Positions 13,090 to 24,063 of a DNA stretch of 64,000 nucleotides are shown here, one piece after another (the first letter of the stretch is position 1; every line of letters starts with the position of its first letter). Position numbers and translations under genes: made by a program. Below the pieces are notes generated by a model. The model saw only the letters and a list, made by a program, of their open reading frames with translations. It was not told the DNA's origin and did no database searches. Source of the stretch: Flaccisagitta enflata (lineage: Eukaryota); NCBI GenBank assembly GCA_965153355.1, contig OZ231126.1:5022001-5086000 (forward strand). Reading direction: 5' to 3'.

Positions 13090-14040
13090 TCATGTGCGAT
13101 CGGCATTCTCCAGTTGGCTGCCCGCGAAGGACGCCGTCGTCATCGACGAAAGGTTCAACTTTAGCACCTCCTTGTTCTTGATGATAAAGTCACGACGGCT
13201 TTCTGGCTTAAAGGCTTTTCCCAACTCCAATTGTTCGAAAACGTCGGAATAATGTTGCCGCTGCATTGACTTGACGAGCTGTTTGCGCGCCTCCTCCAAG
13301 ACGTCTTGCGCCACTTCCGGTTTAGGAAGAAGATCCTTTGCTGCAATTGGGCAAAAGTATGTCTTTTTCTCTAACATTTTGCACGCTCTGAAATTTTCAA
13401 GGGAATCGCCCATCTCCTCTTGCGAGACGATTGGTGATGCAAAGTCATGGTAGAAGATGCGGTCAATGTTGCTATTGAGGACGCGATTATCGAGAATGCG
13501 ATCGATGCTGTCGTGGAGGACGCGATCATCCGTTGCGATGGCGTTGACCGATGCAAAATCTCGCCCCCTCTTCCCCGTTTTTCCACATACAGTCCAACCG
13601 AATAAACATCTGAAGCAAGTCAAGGATCCTGAAGGCCCTCGGCGGATTTCCTGAGCGACGGCGGCATCCGCATGCGCCGCTCCGATGATCATCATAACGC
13701 CGCCTTCTGCTTCTGGAAACTTTATATCTCTGATGTGGGGTTGGTCGGATAGGTCGCGGAGAAAAGGAGGAATGTCGCGTTCACTCGTCAACAAATCACC
13801 CACCAACGCGTCGTTGACGTCGACGACATATTCCTCGTCGACCGACTTCATGGTGAATGATGCGATGAAACGATCCTCAACAACATGATTTCCCACAGTA
13901 ATCACCGTCATTTGCACTGTTTTTGTTGGAATCAGAAGACTGCGAATGACATTGGTACTGATCACGTCGCGATCAGCGCCTGAGTCGATCATAGCGTAAA
14001 TCGTCCTCTGCGCACCCGAAGAATTGTTTATGATAGTCAC
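13090..14040 (-). pseudogene. pol: Aspartic protease plus linker, fused to post-RNase H sequence (RT and RNase H deleted)
   Basis: YAMIDSGADRDVIS active site, IIGA and LFGWTVCG motifs typical of BEL/Pao. No YxDD RT motif occurs before the pre-integrase segment LEEARKQLVKSMQRQHY. Confidence 0.85.
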
Positions 14041-14106
14041 TGGAACAATCGGACGGACAACGTCGTCGAATGAAGAGACGGACCGCGACGTTGCCGTCGC
14101 CGCCAG

Positions 14107-17100
14107 TCATGCCGTGACGTTAGAAGAGATCACTTCCGTAGGATTGGCTGCCTCCGCCGTCGACGGAGCTGTTGGTGCTGCTGCAGCCGCATCCTCTGAC
14201 TTGTTGAAGGGAGCCAGCGGTACTTTATTTCCCTGCTTATTCTCTCCTTTCTTCTCTTCCTTTTCTTCTTTCTTGTAGGTGCGCCCGTGGAGAATTGTTG
14301 TGTGCCGTTTCTTGCAGATCTGGCAAGTTGGTCTGTTCGCGCATCCTTTGGCGTTGTGTCCTGGCGCGAGGCAGTGGAAACAAAGACGACGAGACATGAT
14401 CTTTTGAACTCTCGCGTCCACTTCCAACTCTAACAGCTGATGACATTCTTCTGTTTGATGCATTCCACTGCAGACGTTGCAGCGGTCCGTCGACTGCATC
14501 TTTTGCTTGCCATTGGTCAAAGCATCCCCATATGATGATGGCGCTTCTTTTTCTGTCGTTGCGACTGCTGCCACTGACGCTGTTTTGCAGCTTGCACCTT
14601 TGTTGCGCTGAATCACCGCCCATGTTTCAATCATGTTGACCAAGTTGTCGAATGAAAATGACTGTCCTTTTTGGGCTGCTTCATGTTGCTTTTCCCAAAA
14701 TTTATCTGCAAGATGAGGGACCCTCTTATTGAGGATTTCCTGCAGCAGCTCGTCACGATAGCATTGTTGCACTTCTCCACAGGTCCTCGCAATTTTCTTT
14801 GCCTTTTGCAGCCTTGCAGACAGATTGAAATGCCTTGCATGGTCGGCCGACTGGATCTTCGCCTCCGCGACGATTTCGTTGAACATCGCCGCAATATTGC
14901 AGCGCTTGCCATAAAAGACGACGTCCATTTTTGCGAAGGCGTCGTCAATCTCTTCCCTTGCTGTCGCTTCAGTTGCACCAATCGTCGCAGTTTCGATGAT
15001 CTCCTTTGCCGGACCAGCAAACCACTTAGGCAATTCCACTAAAATGTCCATTTGCGTCAAGCCTTCATGCTTTTCAGCATCTTGAACTTCCTCTTCCACA
15101 TCATGAAATCGGTGAAAGCTCCTGCAGAGGCTTCTCAGGTCTTGCTCTCTCCAATGCTTTGAGGCCGACCTCCCTTGCTCGCATATGATCGTTGTACGCC
15201 GCCCTCTCCAAGAACATGTCCAGAGCCGGATTGTTGGGCATCTGTACATGAACTTCCGGTTGACGAGCTACTTGATGATGCTCTACTTGATGATACGCTG
15301 GGGCTTGTTGGGTGAATGCGTATTGACCCCCGACCTTGACCGGCGATCTCTTTTTGGTAGTTTTCACACTCCACCCAACTTCTTCCTGCTGATTCATTTG
15401 TTGTTGACGATCATCTTGATGGAATCGGGGAGCATCAAAATCTTGGCGGACGTACTGCCGCTTTTGTTGTTCTTCTTTGCGTTGTTTCTCTTCTTCTCTC
15501 GCTGCGGCAAGGTCAAAGTCTCTCTGCTGAATCTGCATCTTCAAACTATCCACTTCTTGCTGCAAACGTTGATTCTGCTGGATGACTTCCGCTTGAGGCG
15601 TTGCTAGAGGCGCTTGCGCTACTTCTGGCACCTTCGGCTGCAATCCACTCATTGTCTTCTTAGGAGCGACTTTTCTTCTCTCCTTATCTTGCAGCTGCTG
15701 TGCCAACTTCGCGTCAGCGGCCTCCTGCCTCTGCCTCCTGCGCATCGCCTCCGTTGCATCACCTCCGCTTCCGGCTGTGTTGAAGACCTTTTCCTCTTGA
15801 CGGGGAAGTTCAGTCTCCCTTCTAGTAGAACCAGTCTGCTTCTCGAAGATCACTTCCGGTGCGGTAGGGAGAATCGTTGCTGCTGGGGTTTGATGATGCT
15901 GATAATGATGCTGTTGCTGTTGTTGAAACCGTTGCTGCTGCCACTGTTGATGTTGAAGCTGCTGCTGCTGGTCAGGATGCTGTTGCTGCTCATTCTGCTG
16001 CTGCAGTTGATGCTGTCGCTGTCCTTGCTGCTGCTGCTGCTCCAACTGTTGCTGCTGCTGCATGGCTGACGGACGTTTCCACTGGCTGCACATGCGTTGC
16101 TGCAAGTTCGAATTAAAACCCGTTGAATTTTTTGAAGATGGATCGGTCTTTTGGCGGATGCTGCGGCTGCTGCTTGTCCAGCTCAGACAGTTGTCTAAGC
16201 TTCACATCCCGCTGCTCTAAAGCTCACCAATGCCGCGTCGTTCAGGCTATTCCAGTGCTTTCGTTGCATCTCTGCCGCATTGTTGAATCCTCCTGCCCTT
16301 CTATCTTCATCTCGCTGCTGCTGTTGGCGAAAGCATTCTGTCGTATAATTCTTTGTCTTTTTGTGATGAGCTTCGCTGTTGGAATCCCAATGGCACCGCG
16401 ATGAACGCCTTTGGAGCTGTTGCTGCACCACCACCTTCACCTTCAGCCATCATGCGCAATCGTTGTTCTGCAAGGCGTTGCTGTCTCTCTTCTTCTGTTT
16501 CTTCACTGACATTCATGCTTTCGACAGGATGGTTATTTGACGCTGGAGGATCCACTACTACCGCTGGAATCGCGGCGGAAGGTTGCTGTTGCTGCTGCAG
16601 TTGCTGTTGCATATGTTCCTCTGCAGTATTTTGCCGCTGTTGTTGTTGTTCTTGCGGCTGCGTTACCGGTTGATGTTGTTGCAGCTCTTGTTGTTGCTGC
16701 TGCTGCTGTTGCTGCTGTTGATCGTGTTGTTGCTGTTGTTGAACCACAGATTGTGGCGCCGGCTGCAGGATTTGACGTTGTTGTTGGTCTTGTTGACGAA
16801 ATTGTTGAAGTTGCTGCAACTGCTGCTGCTGCAACAGCTCTTGCTGCTGCCGTTGAGCTGTCGTTTGCTGCTGCTCCTGCGGTCGGTGGAGTTGACGTTG
16901 CTGTTGGAGTTGCTGCTGCTGCATCTGCAATTGATGCTGCTGCTGTTGCTCCTGTTGCTGTCGCTGCTCCTCCTCACGTTGTTGCTGCTGCATATCGTTT
17001 ATCAGCCGACGGCCTTGTCGCATTTCTTCCTCCAGCTGCCTACCCCATCTGTCTCTCTCCGCACTCCTATTGATGAAGCGTCGCCTCGCCCTCTCCTGCG

Positions 17101-17891
17101 GCGTCAGTCCGTTGATGATCCCGCGACCTCTTGCGAGAGCATCGGCGTCGTCGAGATCCGCAAGCATGTCGTCGGCCTGCTCCATCGGAGACGCACGCGC
17201 AGGTTCGATTTCCGATACCAAGTCTGAAACCCACTGATTGACGGCATCTCCTCTTTGAATCGGCGGCAGATCTAAAAATTGGCCGCCAGTTGGAGATTGT
17301 GCACCATGTCGAGGGATTGGAAGTGGTAGATACTCGGATCCGTCGGGGTTTGGCGAAGACGTTCGCATCCTTGGAGTTGGAGCGCCAGTAATATTGTCAC
17401 GGGCGGCATGAGTGTCAGTTGGGAGGCTGTTCCATGAGAAGTCATTGACGGGTCTTTTACGATTCCCAATGTCATTGTGCATTGCGTTCACGATGTCGGC
17501 GTTGGAAGGAAAACCCTCTGGATAGTTTTCACGATCGAAGAAACGCATGGAGTTCCATTCGCGCCGGATTCGACGCAGAGTGGACGCCGCGAATCGAAGA
17601 GGGTCGCCGGGCATCGAATCGAGCGCCATTTGCCTTGCGTATGATATAAAGTCGTAGACCATGTCCCGAAGGCCTTGTCGAGCGCCATCTGATTCACATG
17701 CGGCGTCGTCGAAATCATTCGTCCCTTCGGCGCAAGCGTAACGCGTCGAAAAGGCGCCGGCATCCTTCCATCTCCGCCGTGATGTCGTTCCTCATTGCCC
17801 GCAAGCGATTGACCTCGGACACTGATTCAAACCGTGAGATACGCGAGATGGCGTTGAAGCAGTGAGACGGTGTGCTGTTACGGCGCGCCAT
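14107..17891 (-). pseudogene. gag: Long Gln-rich gag, broken by several frameshifts
   Basis: ORF pieces 17715-17897, 16307-17662, 15101-16105 and 14107-15249. The last has three knuckles: CNVCSGMHQTEEC, CFHCLAPGHNAKGC and CQICKKRHTTILH. Confidence 0.85.
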
Positions 17892-17942
17892 TGTCAATTT
17901 CTTTGGAGGTCGAAGATGTAAAGTCGAGTCGTTTTCGTGAAA

Positions 17943-18856
17943 TATAAATTACGCCCACGAGTTTCATGGCACTGTCTATGAGCGTCTATCTGACTGACGA
18001 CTTGTGGTGAAAGAAAGTTGGCCGATTGGAAAATAGGAAGGCGATCATCTCGTTTATTCCATAAAAATTTCAACAACTGAAGAGAGGGGATAAAATAAAA
18101 GGGAAAGTGGGCGTTAATGGTGATCAGCAAACGCAAAAGATAACATGAAATCGAGACAGGACACAATAAAGGACAGAAACAGCACATGACAACATGTTCA
18201 TCTTCTTCAGAGCCCATGCCACCTGATAATACCTGCCCCTGCCCCGGCCCATCCCATTAAATTCATCCATATCATCCCCATAGTAAGCTGATCGGGCAAA
18301 CGATAAAAACCATACTAAAATCCGGCGATAAAAATGCAAAAAACGCAAAAAACAAGAATAACAGACCGGAATACAAGATAAAAACAACGTTACTAAAACG
18401 AAAACGCGTCTATAAAACTTACTTTTAGGCCCACTTTCGTTGGTTTCAACCCACAGTCTGTCGATGTCAAACTAACGTTAATTGTCCGTTCATAAGTTTA
18501 TCTGCAATAAAAAGATGAGAGATTATTGAAATTAGTAAATTCCAAGGGCACATTCAATCAATCACGAAAAACTCAATCAATCACTTTAGGAAGCAATGCC
18601 GTAAATAAATAAAAACAATCAATCCAAAATTGGATGACACGAAGACGAGATACGTATGTTTGTTTACGTAATAAAAAACAAATGGCACAAAATACAAGGC
18701 GCAACCATATGGTTACCCATCTAGCCTTCATTATAAAAAATGGCGAGAAACAAAAGACACCGGCATTGAATAATAAGAAAAGAGGAAAAGCCAAAAGCAC
18801 GCAAAAGAAACAAAAGCACACATACCCAGTAGGCGGACAGACATACATTTCTAACA
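17943..18856 (-). repeat. 5' LTR
   Basis: Begins TGTTAGAAAT on the minus strand. Direct repeat of 10355-11270. Confidence 0.95.
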
Positions 18857-20647
18857 ACCTGCATTCAAGGCTGTCATGGTGAGACGCCAATATCGAGTGA
18901 GAAAAGCCAGCCAACCAGACAGTCTGCATGTAGCTGCGGTAGGCAACTTTTTCACTGGCTGTTTGCGACATTTTTCTTTGTACTATTCATTTTTTGTCTG
19001 GGCTTCATTTGCAGCAGGCCCATAATTTACAAAAAGCCCGGTTACTACGTGTCTTTTCATTCAAGATACTTTAGCGAGCGTGGGTTTCCATTGGTGCATG
19101 ATGACAACGCGGCTCATCGAGGCTCCATTTGTGTGTACAACAAGACAAATTCTGAGATTCTAAAGGTGGCAATTGTCGTAGCTCGACAAATGGGACTTTT
19201 CCCCCATCCAGTACCCTTCATTGACAAAGAAAGTATCAACAGGCACAGCGGTAACAGGAAGCATTACATCGAGGCTACCACATTACTTGTGGGAAACTTG
19301 GACTTCTCCCGCCAAATAGTGGATCAAGAACCGCTCAAGTTTCCTTTCCTTCAACCTTCATGCGTTGGAAATGAAACCAATATCAAGGAATGCAAAAACT
19401 ACGGCCTCTCAGTTTTGCTAGACCCTGCTTGTTACGAGGGACAAAAAAGGCTGTATGTTAGTATCATCAGGCGGCGGGTGCCTCAATCAAAGCCACTCAA
19501 TTCCGTATATTTCATTACCGATATCGATTCCAACTTTTCTGGTACAAAAGAAAGTTGCTTCAATACAAATCTGTTACCTGTCGCGAAACCTGTAAAAGAC
19601 TCGCACCTTTTCCAAAATGGTGACGAGGAACGAATTTTGTTAATGGATCAATTCAAAATGTTGAATATCACCAAGTTGTGGCTGACTAAAGATAGTTTCT
19701 TGATCACCGATCATAATTTTGGCGCTACTTTTCGTCGGTCAAAAGGTGATGTTGAAAATGGGCTTCAACAGTCAATTTGTAAGGTATATCATGACTTCTA
19801 TCCCATGCAGTGTGGTCCCCGTGGGATTCCACTTTGCGACAATTGCACAGAAGTGGCGTACGTCAGGAACAAGTATTGGGAAATTGAATGTCGCTGTGAA
19901 CCGACGCAATGTCCAGAGGAAAGTTGTCCAAGATGCTCGACGCTCCGTCGCAATTATACAGATCAATGTGGCTGTCAAAGGGTTGAATGCGAAGAGAACA
20001 ACATCTGTGGCAATTTTGGCGCTCGGCGATGTAGGTCATGCGAACTGAAGGCATATGTTGAGAAGAGCAAAGATGGTTGTTATTGCATGGAACCAGCTTG
20101 TAAGCCAACTCGATCTTGTAGCAAGGATCTATTTTTGATGGTCTCAATGGGTCTCAATCATAACCTGACCAGGCCGCCAGGTCCAGGCCCAGATGATGAG
20201 AGCGGCATCGACGATGAGAGCGGCACAAACATTGAGAGCGGCGTCAGCCCTGATAGTGGCACTGATGCTGAGAGCGGCACCAATGAGGAAAGGGGCACTG
20301 AAGCTGAGAGAGGCACTGAAGCTGAGAGAGGCACGGATGCTGAGAGTGGCACCAATGCTGTTAGCGGCGCCAATGAGGAAAGGGGCACCAACGCTGAGAG
20401 CGGCACTGAAGCTGAGAGAGGCACAGATGTTGAGAGAGGCATTGACGCTGAAAGAGGCATTGACGCTGAGGGGGGCACAGATGCTGAGAGAGGCACCGAG
20501 GCTGAGAGTGGCACAGTGGCTCACAGTGGCTCACAGTGGCTCACTGTGGCTCAAGCCCAAGCAAACAAGCAGTGCTTTTTGGCAGCAAGGAAATGCTTTA
20601 GGGCAGCAAGGCAGAAACAAGGAAAAAAAATCAAAGGAAACACATGA
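18857..20647 (+). CDS. 3' part of the XK gene's last exon: TM helix, degenerate SRCR, C-type-lectin-like segment, Cys-rich segment, hexapeptide repeats
   Basis: Open from the TSD in the same frame as 9396-10354 (18857 to 19049 is exactly 64 codons with no stop). Motifs: FHWLFATFFFVLFIFCLGFIC, RGSIC..AIVVARQMG..PSCVGNETNIKEC, and CEPTQCPEESCPRC..CGCQRVEC. Confidence 0.8.
   Translation, partial: TCIQGCHGETPISSEKSQPTRQSACSCGRQLFHWLFATFFFVLFIFCLGFICSRPIIYKKPGYYVSFHSRYFSERGFPLVHDDNAAHRGSICVYNKTNSEILKVAIVVARQMGLFPHPVPFIDKESINRHSGNRKHYIEATTLLVGNLDFSRQIVDQEPLKFPFLQPSCVGNETNIKECKNYGLSVLLDPACYEGQKRLYVSIIRRRVPQSKPLNSVYFITDIDSNFSGTKESCFNTNLLPVAKPVKDSHLFQNGDEERILLMDQFKMLNITKLWLTKDSFLITDHNFGATFRRSKGDVENGLQQSICKVYHDFYPMQCGPRGIPLCDNCTEVAYVRNKYWEIECRCEPTQCPEESCPRCSTLRRNYTDQCGCQRVECEENNICGNFGARRCRSCELKAYVEKSKDGCYCMEPACKPTRSCSKDLFLMVSMGLNHNLTRPPGPGPDDESGIDDESGTNIESGVSPDSGTDAESGTNEERGTEAERGTEAERGTDAESGTNAVSGANEERGTNAESGTEAERGTDVERGIDAERGIDAEGGTDAERGTEAESGTVAHSGSQWLTVAQAQANKQCFLAARKCFRAARQKQGKKIKGNT
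20190..20515 (+). repeat. Coding 18-bp tandem repeat, (G-T/I-D/E/N-A/E-E-R/S)n, about 18 copies
   Basis: Direct inspection. In frame with the ORF, followed by (CACAGTGGCT) about 4 times. Confidence 0.9.
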
Positions 20648-21044
20648 AAAAGAAAGTTTTAATAGCACTAATGGGAGGTTTCATTTATGCTAATTGCAGT
20701 TATTGAGAAATTTTCAATATCTAGAGATATTTAAAACTTTGATAATCCTGAGCAAATTTTGTAGGAAGGAACCTGGAAGAAAATCTAGAATGTGAGCAGC
20801 TAGAAATTTGGCAAGGGTGATTCCGTTTGTTCATACATCTAGAGAGGAGGTGGAGATAGGGGGGCCTGATTTGAGGCCTCAGTGGTCTGGATTGTGGCTC
20901 AAGGCGTCAGAGGGCTGATCTCAAGCCTGTGAGGGATGATATCAGACCTGTGATGGCTCATTTCAAGCCTGTATGGAGTGCATTCGAGCCAAAGAGGGCT
21001 GATTTCAGGCATGAGAGGACTGATTTCAGGTCTGACAGGTCGCC

Positions 21045-21440
21045 CAAGGGCAATATGTGGTCAGCGATACCCGTTGCCCTGCTTTGCATGGTTGTAAATT
21101 GGAATGAGAGGAAGCAGGGCAGCAGCCCCAAAAGGGACGAAGACCTGTAAAACACAGGGGTACTTTCGTTCATCCATTTATTTGTTTATTGGTTTGTCGA
21201 TATATCTCCCCCAGGCCCTCTCAGGCCTAAATTCTACCCTCTCAGGCCTGAAATCTACCCTCTCAGGCCTGAAATCTTCCCTCTCAGGCCTTGAATCTGA
21301 AAGGGCAGGTATAAGACCTGAGAGGTCAGATTGAAAGCCAAGGGCAGATTCAAGACCTGAGAGGGCAGATTTCAGGCCTGAGAGGGCAGATTCAAGGCCT
21401 GAGAGGGCCTGGGGGGGACAAACGGATGAGCAAACAAACA
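21045..21440. mobile_element. Second HINE-like repeat family with internal 20-21-bp repeats
   Basis: GTCGCCCAAGGGCAATATGTGGTCAGC...GGCAGCAGCCCC and CAGGCCTGAAATCT units. Relatives at ~27436-27840, 32480-32920, 37483-37920 and 52870-53270. Confidence 0.55.
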
Positions 21441-21640
21441 AATAAACAAACAAATCTTCATCATTCATTATCGATCGTAGGTCCCACTGTTTGGATGAGG
21501 AAGCTAGCTGGTTGCTGGATCCCAAATTTGTGTTCCTTTGCAATTTAGCCATGACGTCAGCAAGTTGAATTTTTGCAGCAGAAACTTTCGTGACAGCTGA
21601 CAAGAAAAATATGAATTGAAATCCCAAGAGAATTGAATAA

Positions 21641-21891
21641 GGGCGCGCTTCTAGTCATGGACTACCGCATTCTTTACGGGCCACATGGTCGCTCGCTGTG
21701 TTTGTTTGCCCGCACTGCTCATTCCGCTCACTCTGCAGCACTCAGCTTTGCTCACTAACTCTGTTCACGGGCTTACTCACTCACTTTGCTCACTCCCTCG
21801 TGGAATAGTCTGTATTCAGAAATATGTGTTCACGCTGAAAATGTGTTGAACAGGAATACACTCGTTGGTTGTCATCACTAGAAACAGGCCC
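21641..21891. mobile_element. PIF/Harbinger-like MITE
   Basis: TAA|GGGCGCGCTTCTAGT ... ACTAGAAACAGGCCC|TAA. Confidence 0.65.
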
Positions 21892-22232
21892 TAAATGGCG
21901 CGTTGAAACCATCCCTGAAAATTTAGAGTAGTAATTAATAACGCCACACAGCGTGTTTTTCATTTCTTGTTTGTTGCAAAGCATTCGCCAGAGAGTTTTA
22001 TCATTTCAAATTGATTGACGATTTAACAATGCAAAACGGTGTCTTTTGGGAACTATCATGTATCATATCAAGGCCATTAGAAGCGTCCTCTTTCGATACA
22101 GTATATAAGTGATGAAAAAAATCAAGTGAAAAATATCAAAGTCGCATTGAGAAATATTCGCGTTACCGACGGACAGACAGACCTACCAAGGGACACACCC
22201 TTTGATAGAGGTGCGAGGACGCATCTAAAGTC

Positions 22233-22830
22233 ATGATTTTTTCCAAGAATACAGTCGCTTACGATTCTGTCAAGCCAGTAACGCTTGATGGTCTTCCCAT
22301 AGAATATACCAACACCGCTACTTATCTCGGCACGACAATCGTCAGTGAAAAAGGTCTCACATTTTCATGCAATAACGATCTTGCCAAATTTTATCGAGCA
22401 TCAAACTCGATTTTGACAGCAGTCGAAAAGCCCAGTGAAGAAATTGTCCTCCAATTGTTATACACAAACTGCATTCCGACACTCACTTATGCGTGTGCGA
22501 TAAAGACATATTCCTCAAGACAAATGCAAAGTTGCAACACCGCTGTGAATGATGCTCTGCGCCGTATTTTTGGGTATAACAGATGGGAGAGTATCCGTGT
22601 CTTACGTGATTCCTTTGGCTACAAGTCAATAACCGATATCTTTGGCAGAGCAAGAAAAAAGTTTTACACTATTTTCCCGTATCATTACAACTCTGTAGTT
22701 TCTCGTATTGCGCGCAACTTGCCTGATATTGTAGAATAGTTCTTTGCTATGGTATGTCTGATGTGTTTTGTATTTACTGTCACTTTATTGTTGACGAATA
22801 TAAAGAACTCATATCTCTATCTTATCTCCT
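22233..22830 (+). mobile_element. 5'-truncated non-LTR retrotransposon (ORF2 C-terminal end)
   Basis: YLG..KFYRASNSIL..CIPTLTYA..RRIFG..WESIR resembles the RT thumb and C-terminus of CR1/L2-group LINEs. Followed by AATAAA at ~22797 and a short TATCT-type tail. Confidence 0.8.
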
Positions 22831-22941
22831 GCATGAGACAGAGGAAAATGAACGAAGTAAGATTCCTCGATTTCCTATCTACTATTACTATCGTGGCTCG
22901 GATGTAATTCCTTATTGACCTCTTTATCCCCCTTGTCCTTA

Positions 22942-23553
22942 CTAACCTTGGGGAAATAAAAAATGGCGGATTTTGGAAAACTGTTTTTATCTACCTAAAA
23001 TTGAGAAAAACTGTAAAAAATCGGTGACCATTTTAAAGCTGTGTGAATGGTCTTTCAAATGAGACGTTGCTGGTTGTCCTAACTTTATCCGTTTAGAAAT
23101 GGCATTGGGATGAAGAGAGGTTGTAAGGAATATGAGAAATTCACTACAGATCTGCATGTTTTTTGTTTGTTGTTACATAGAAACTAAACGCATTGAGTAA
23201 AAAATTCGTTCTTGGCGCCATTTTAAAGAAAATTCGAAGCTCTTTAATTTGCTCATGGATATCAAGTAGATGTGACAATTCTGAATTGCATTATTAAGAA
23301 AAACCTTGAGACAAAAATTACTAATAGAAAAAAAGACGATATTTGTCCTTTTTCCAATCAGTGATATTTTTCTTCAAACTTATGCCATTTCTAAACGAAT
23401 AAAGCTAGGAATGCCAGAAACGACCCAAATGAAAGATCTTTCGAAGGGCTTTACGGGCATCACCGATTTCAATTCATTTTTCTTATGCTATGGTTCAAAA
23501 GAAAGCTTTCAATCTTTTTAAAAATCCGCCATTTTTTATTTCCCCAAGGTTAG
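22942..23553. mobile_element. MITE with TA flanks
   Basis: TIR CTAACCTTGGGGAAATAAAAAATGGCGGATTTT and its exact reverse complement. Confidence 0.8.
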
Positions 23554-24063
23554 TAGACTGGTAGAATTGTAGCTGATTGATGTGTGCATTGTCGCCTCTC
23601 ATGTTAAAAATGTAATAATGATAACAATTGCGATTCTTTTGATGTCTTTATCCAAACAGGAGCTTTTTAGCACCAAAAACAGGAATGTTGCTTTAATCAA
23701 TCAGCAATAGGACGCACTGAAAATTACCATAGAATTAGCTACCCAAGTCAGATGAATCATGATTTTCTTAAAATCAAATTTGACAAAATTTTTTGTTTGG
23801 ATATTAATAATTAACATGTAAATAGACATATTTTGCATATATTAGTTTTAATAAGTCAGTACAAGTCTTGAATCATGAATTTTATGGTCAAAAAACAACA
23901 CAAAATGCAGTGGAAATGTCCATTTGTTATTATACCATGACCCACACAGAATTCCAAATTTGCATAGGAAATCAAAATCTCAACAAAACAGGAACATAGC
24001 GCGATCCCTAACTCAGTTACTAAGCGCGCTATGTTCTTATTTCATGCAAATTTTGATTTCCTA

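Larger units (their letters stand above)
10355..18856 (-). mobile_element. BEL/Pao LTR retrotransposon, internally deleted and non-autonomous
   Basis: Two ~915-bp near-identical direct LTRs, 5-bp TSD ACCTG (10350-10354 and 18857-18861), order gag-protease-(RT/RH missing)-integrase, triple Cys/His knuckle gag. Confidence 0.95.

Noticed and set aside
16105-16130. GGGTTTT slippery heptamer as a programmed gag frameshift
   Set aside because: A -1 shift from the canonical frame lands on TAA, and several other unprogrammed frameshifts surround it.
15185-17227. Plus-strand poly-L/V/A/C ORFs
   Set aside because: They are antisense shadows of the polyQ gag.
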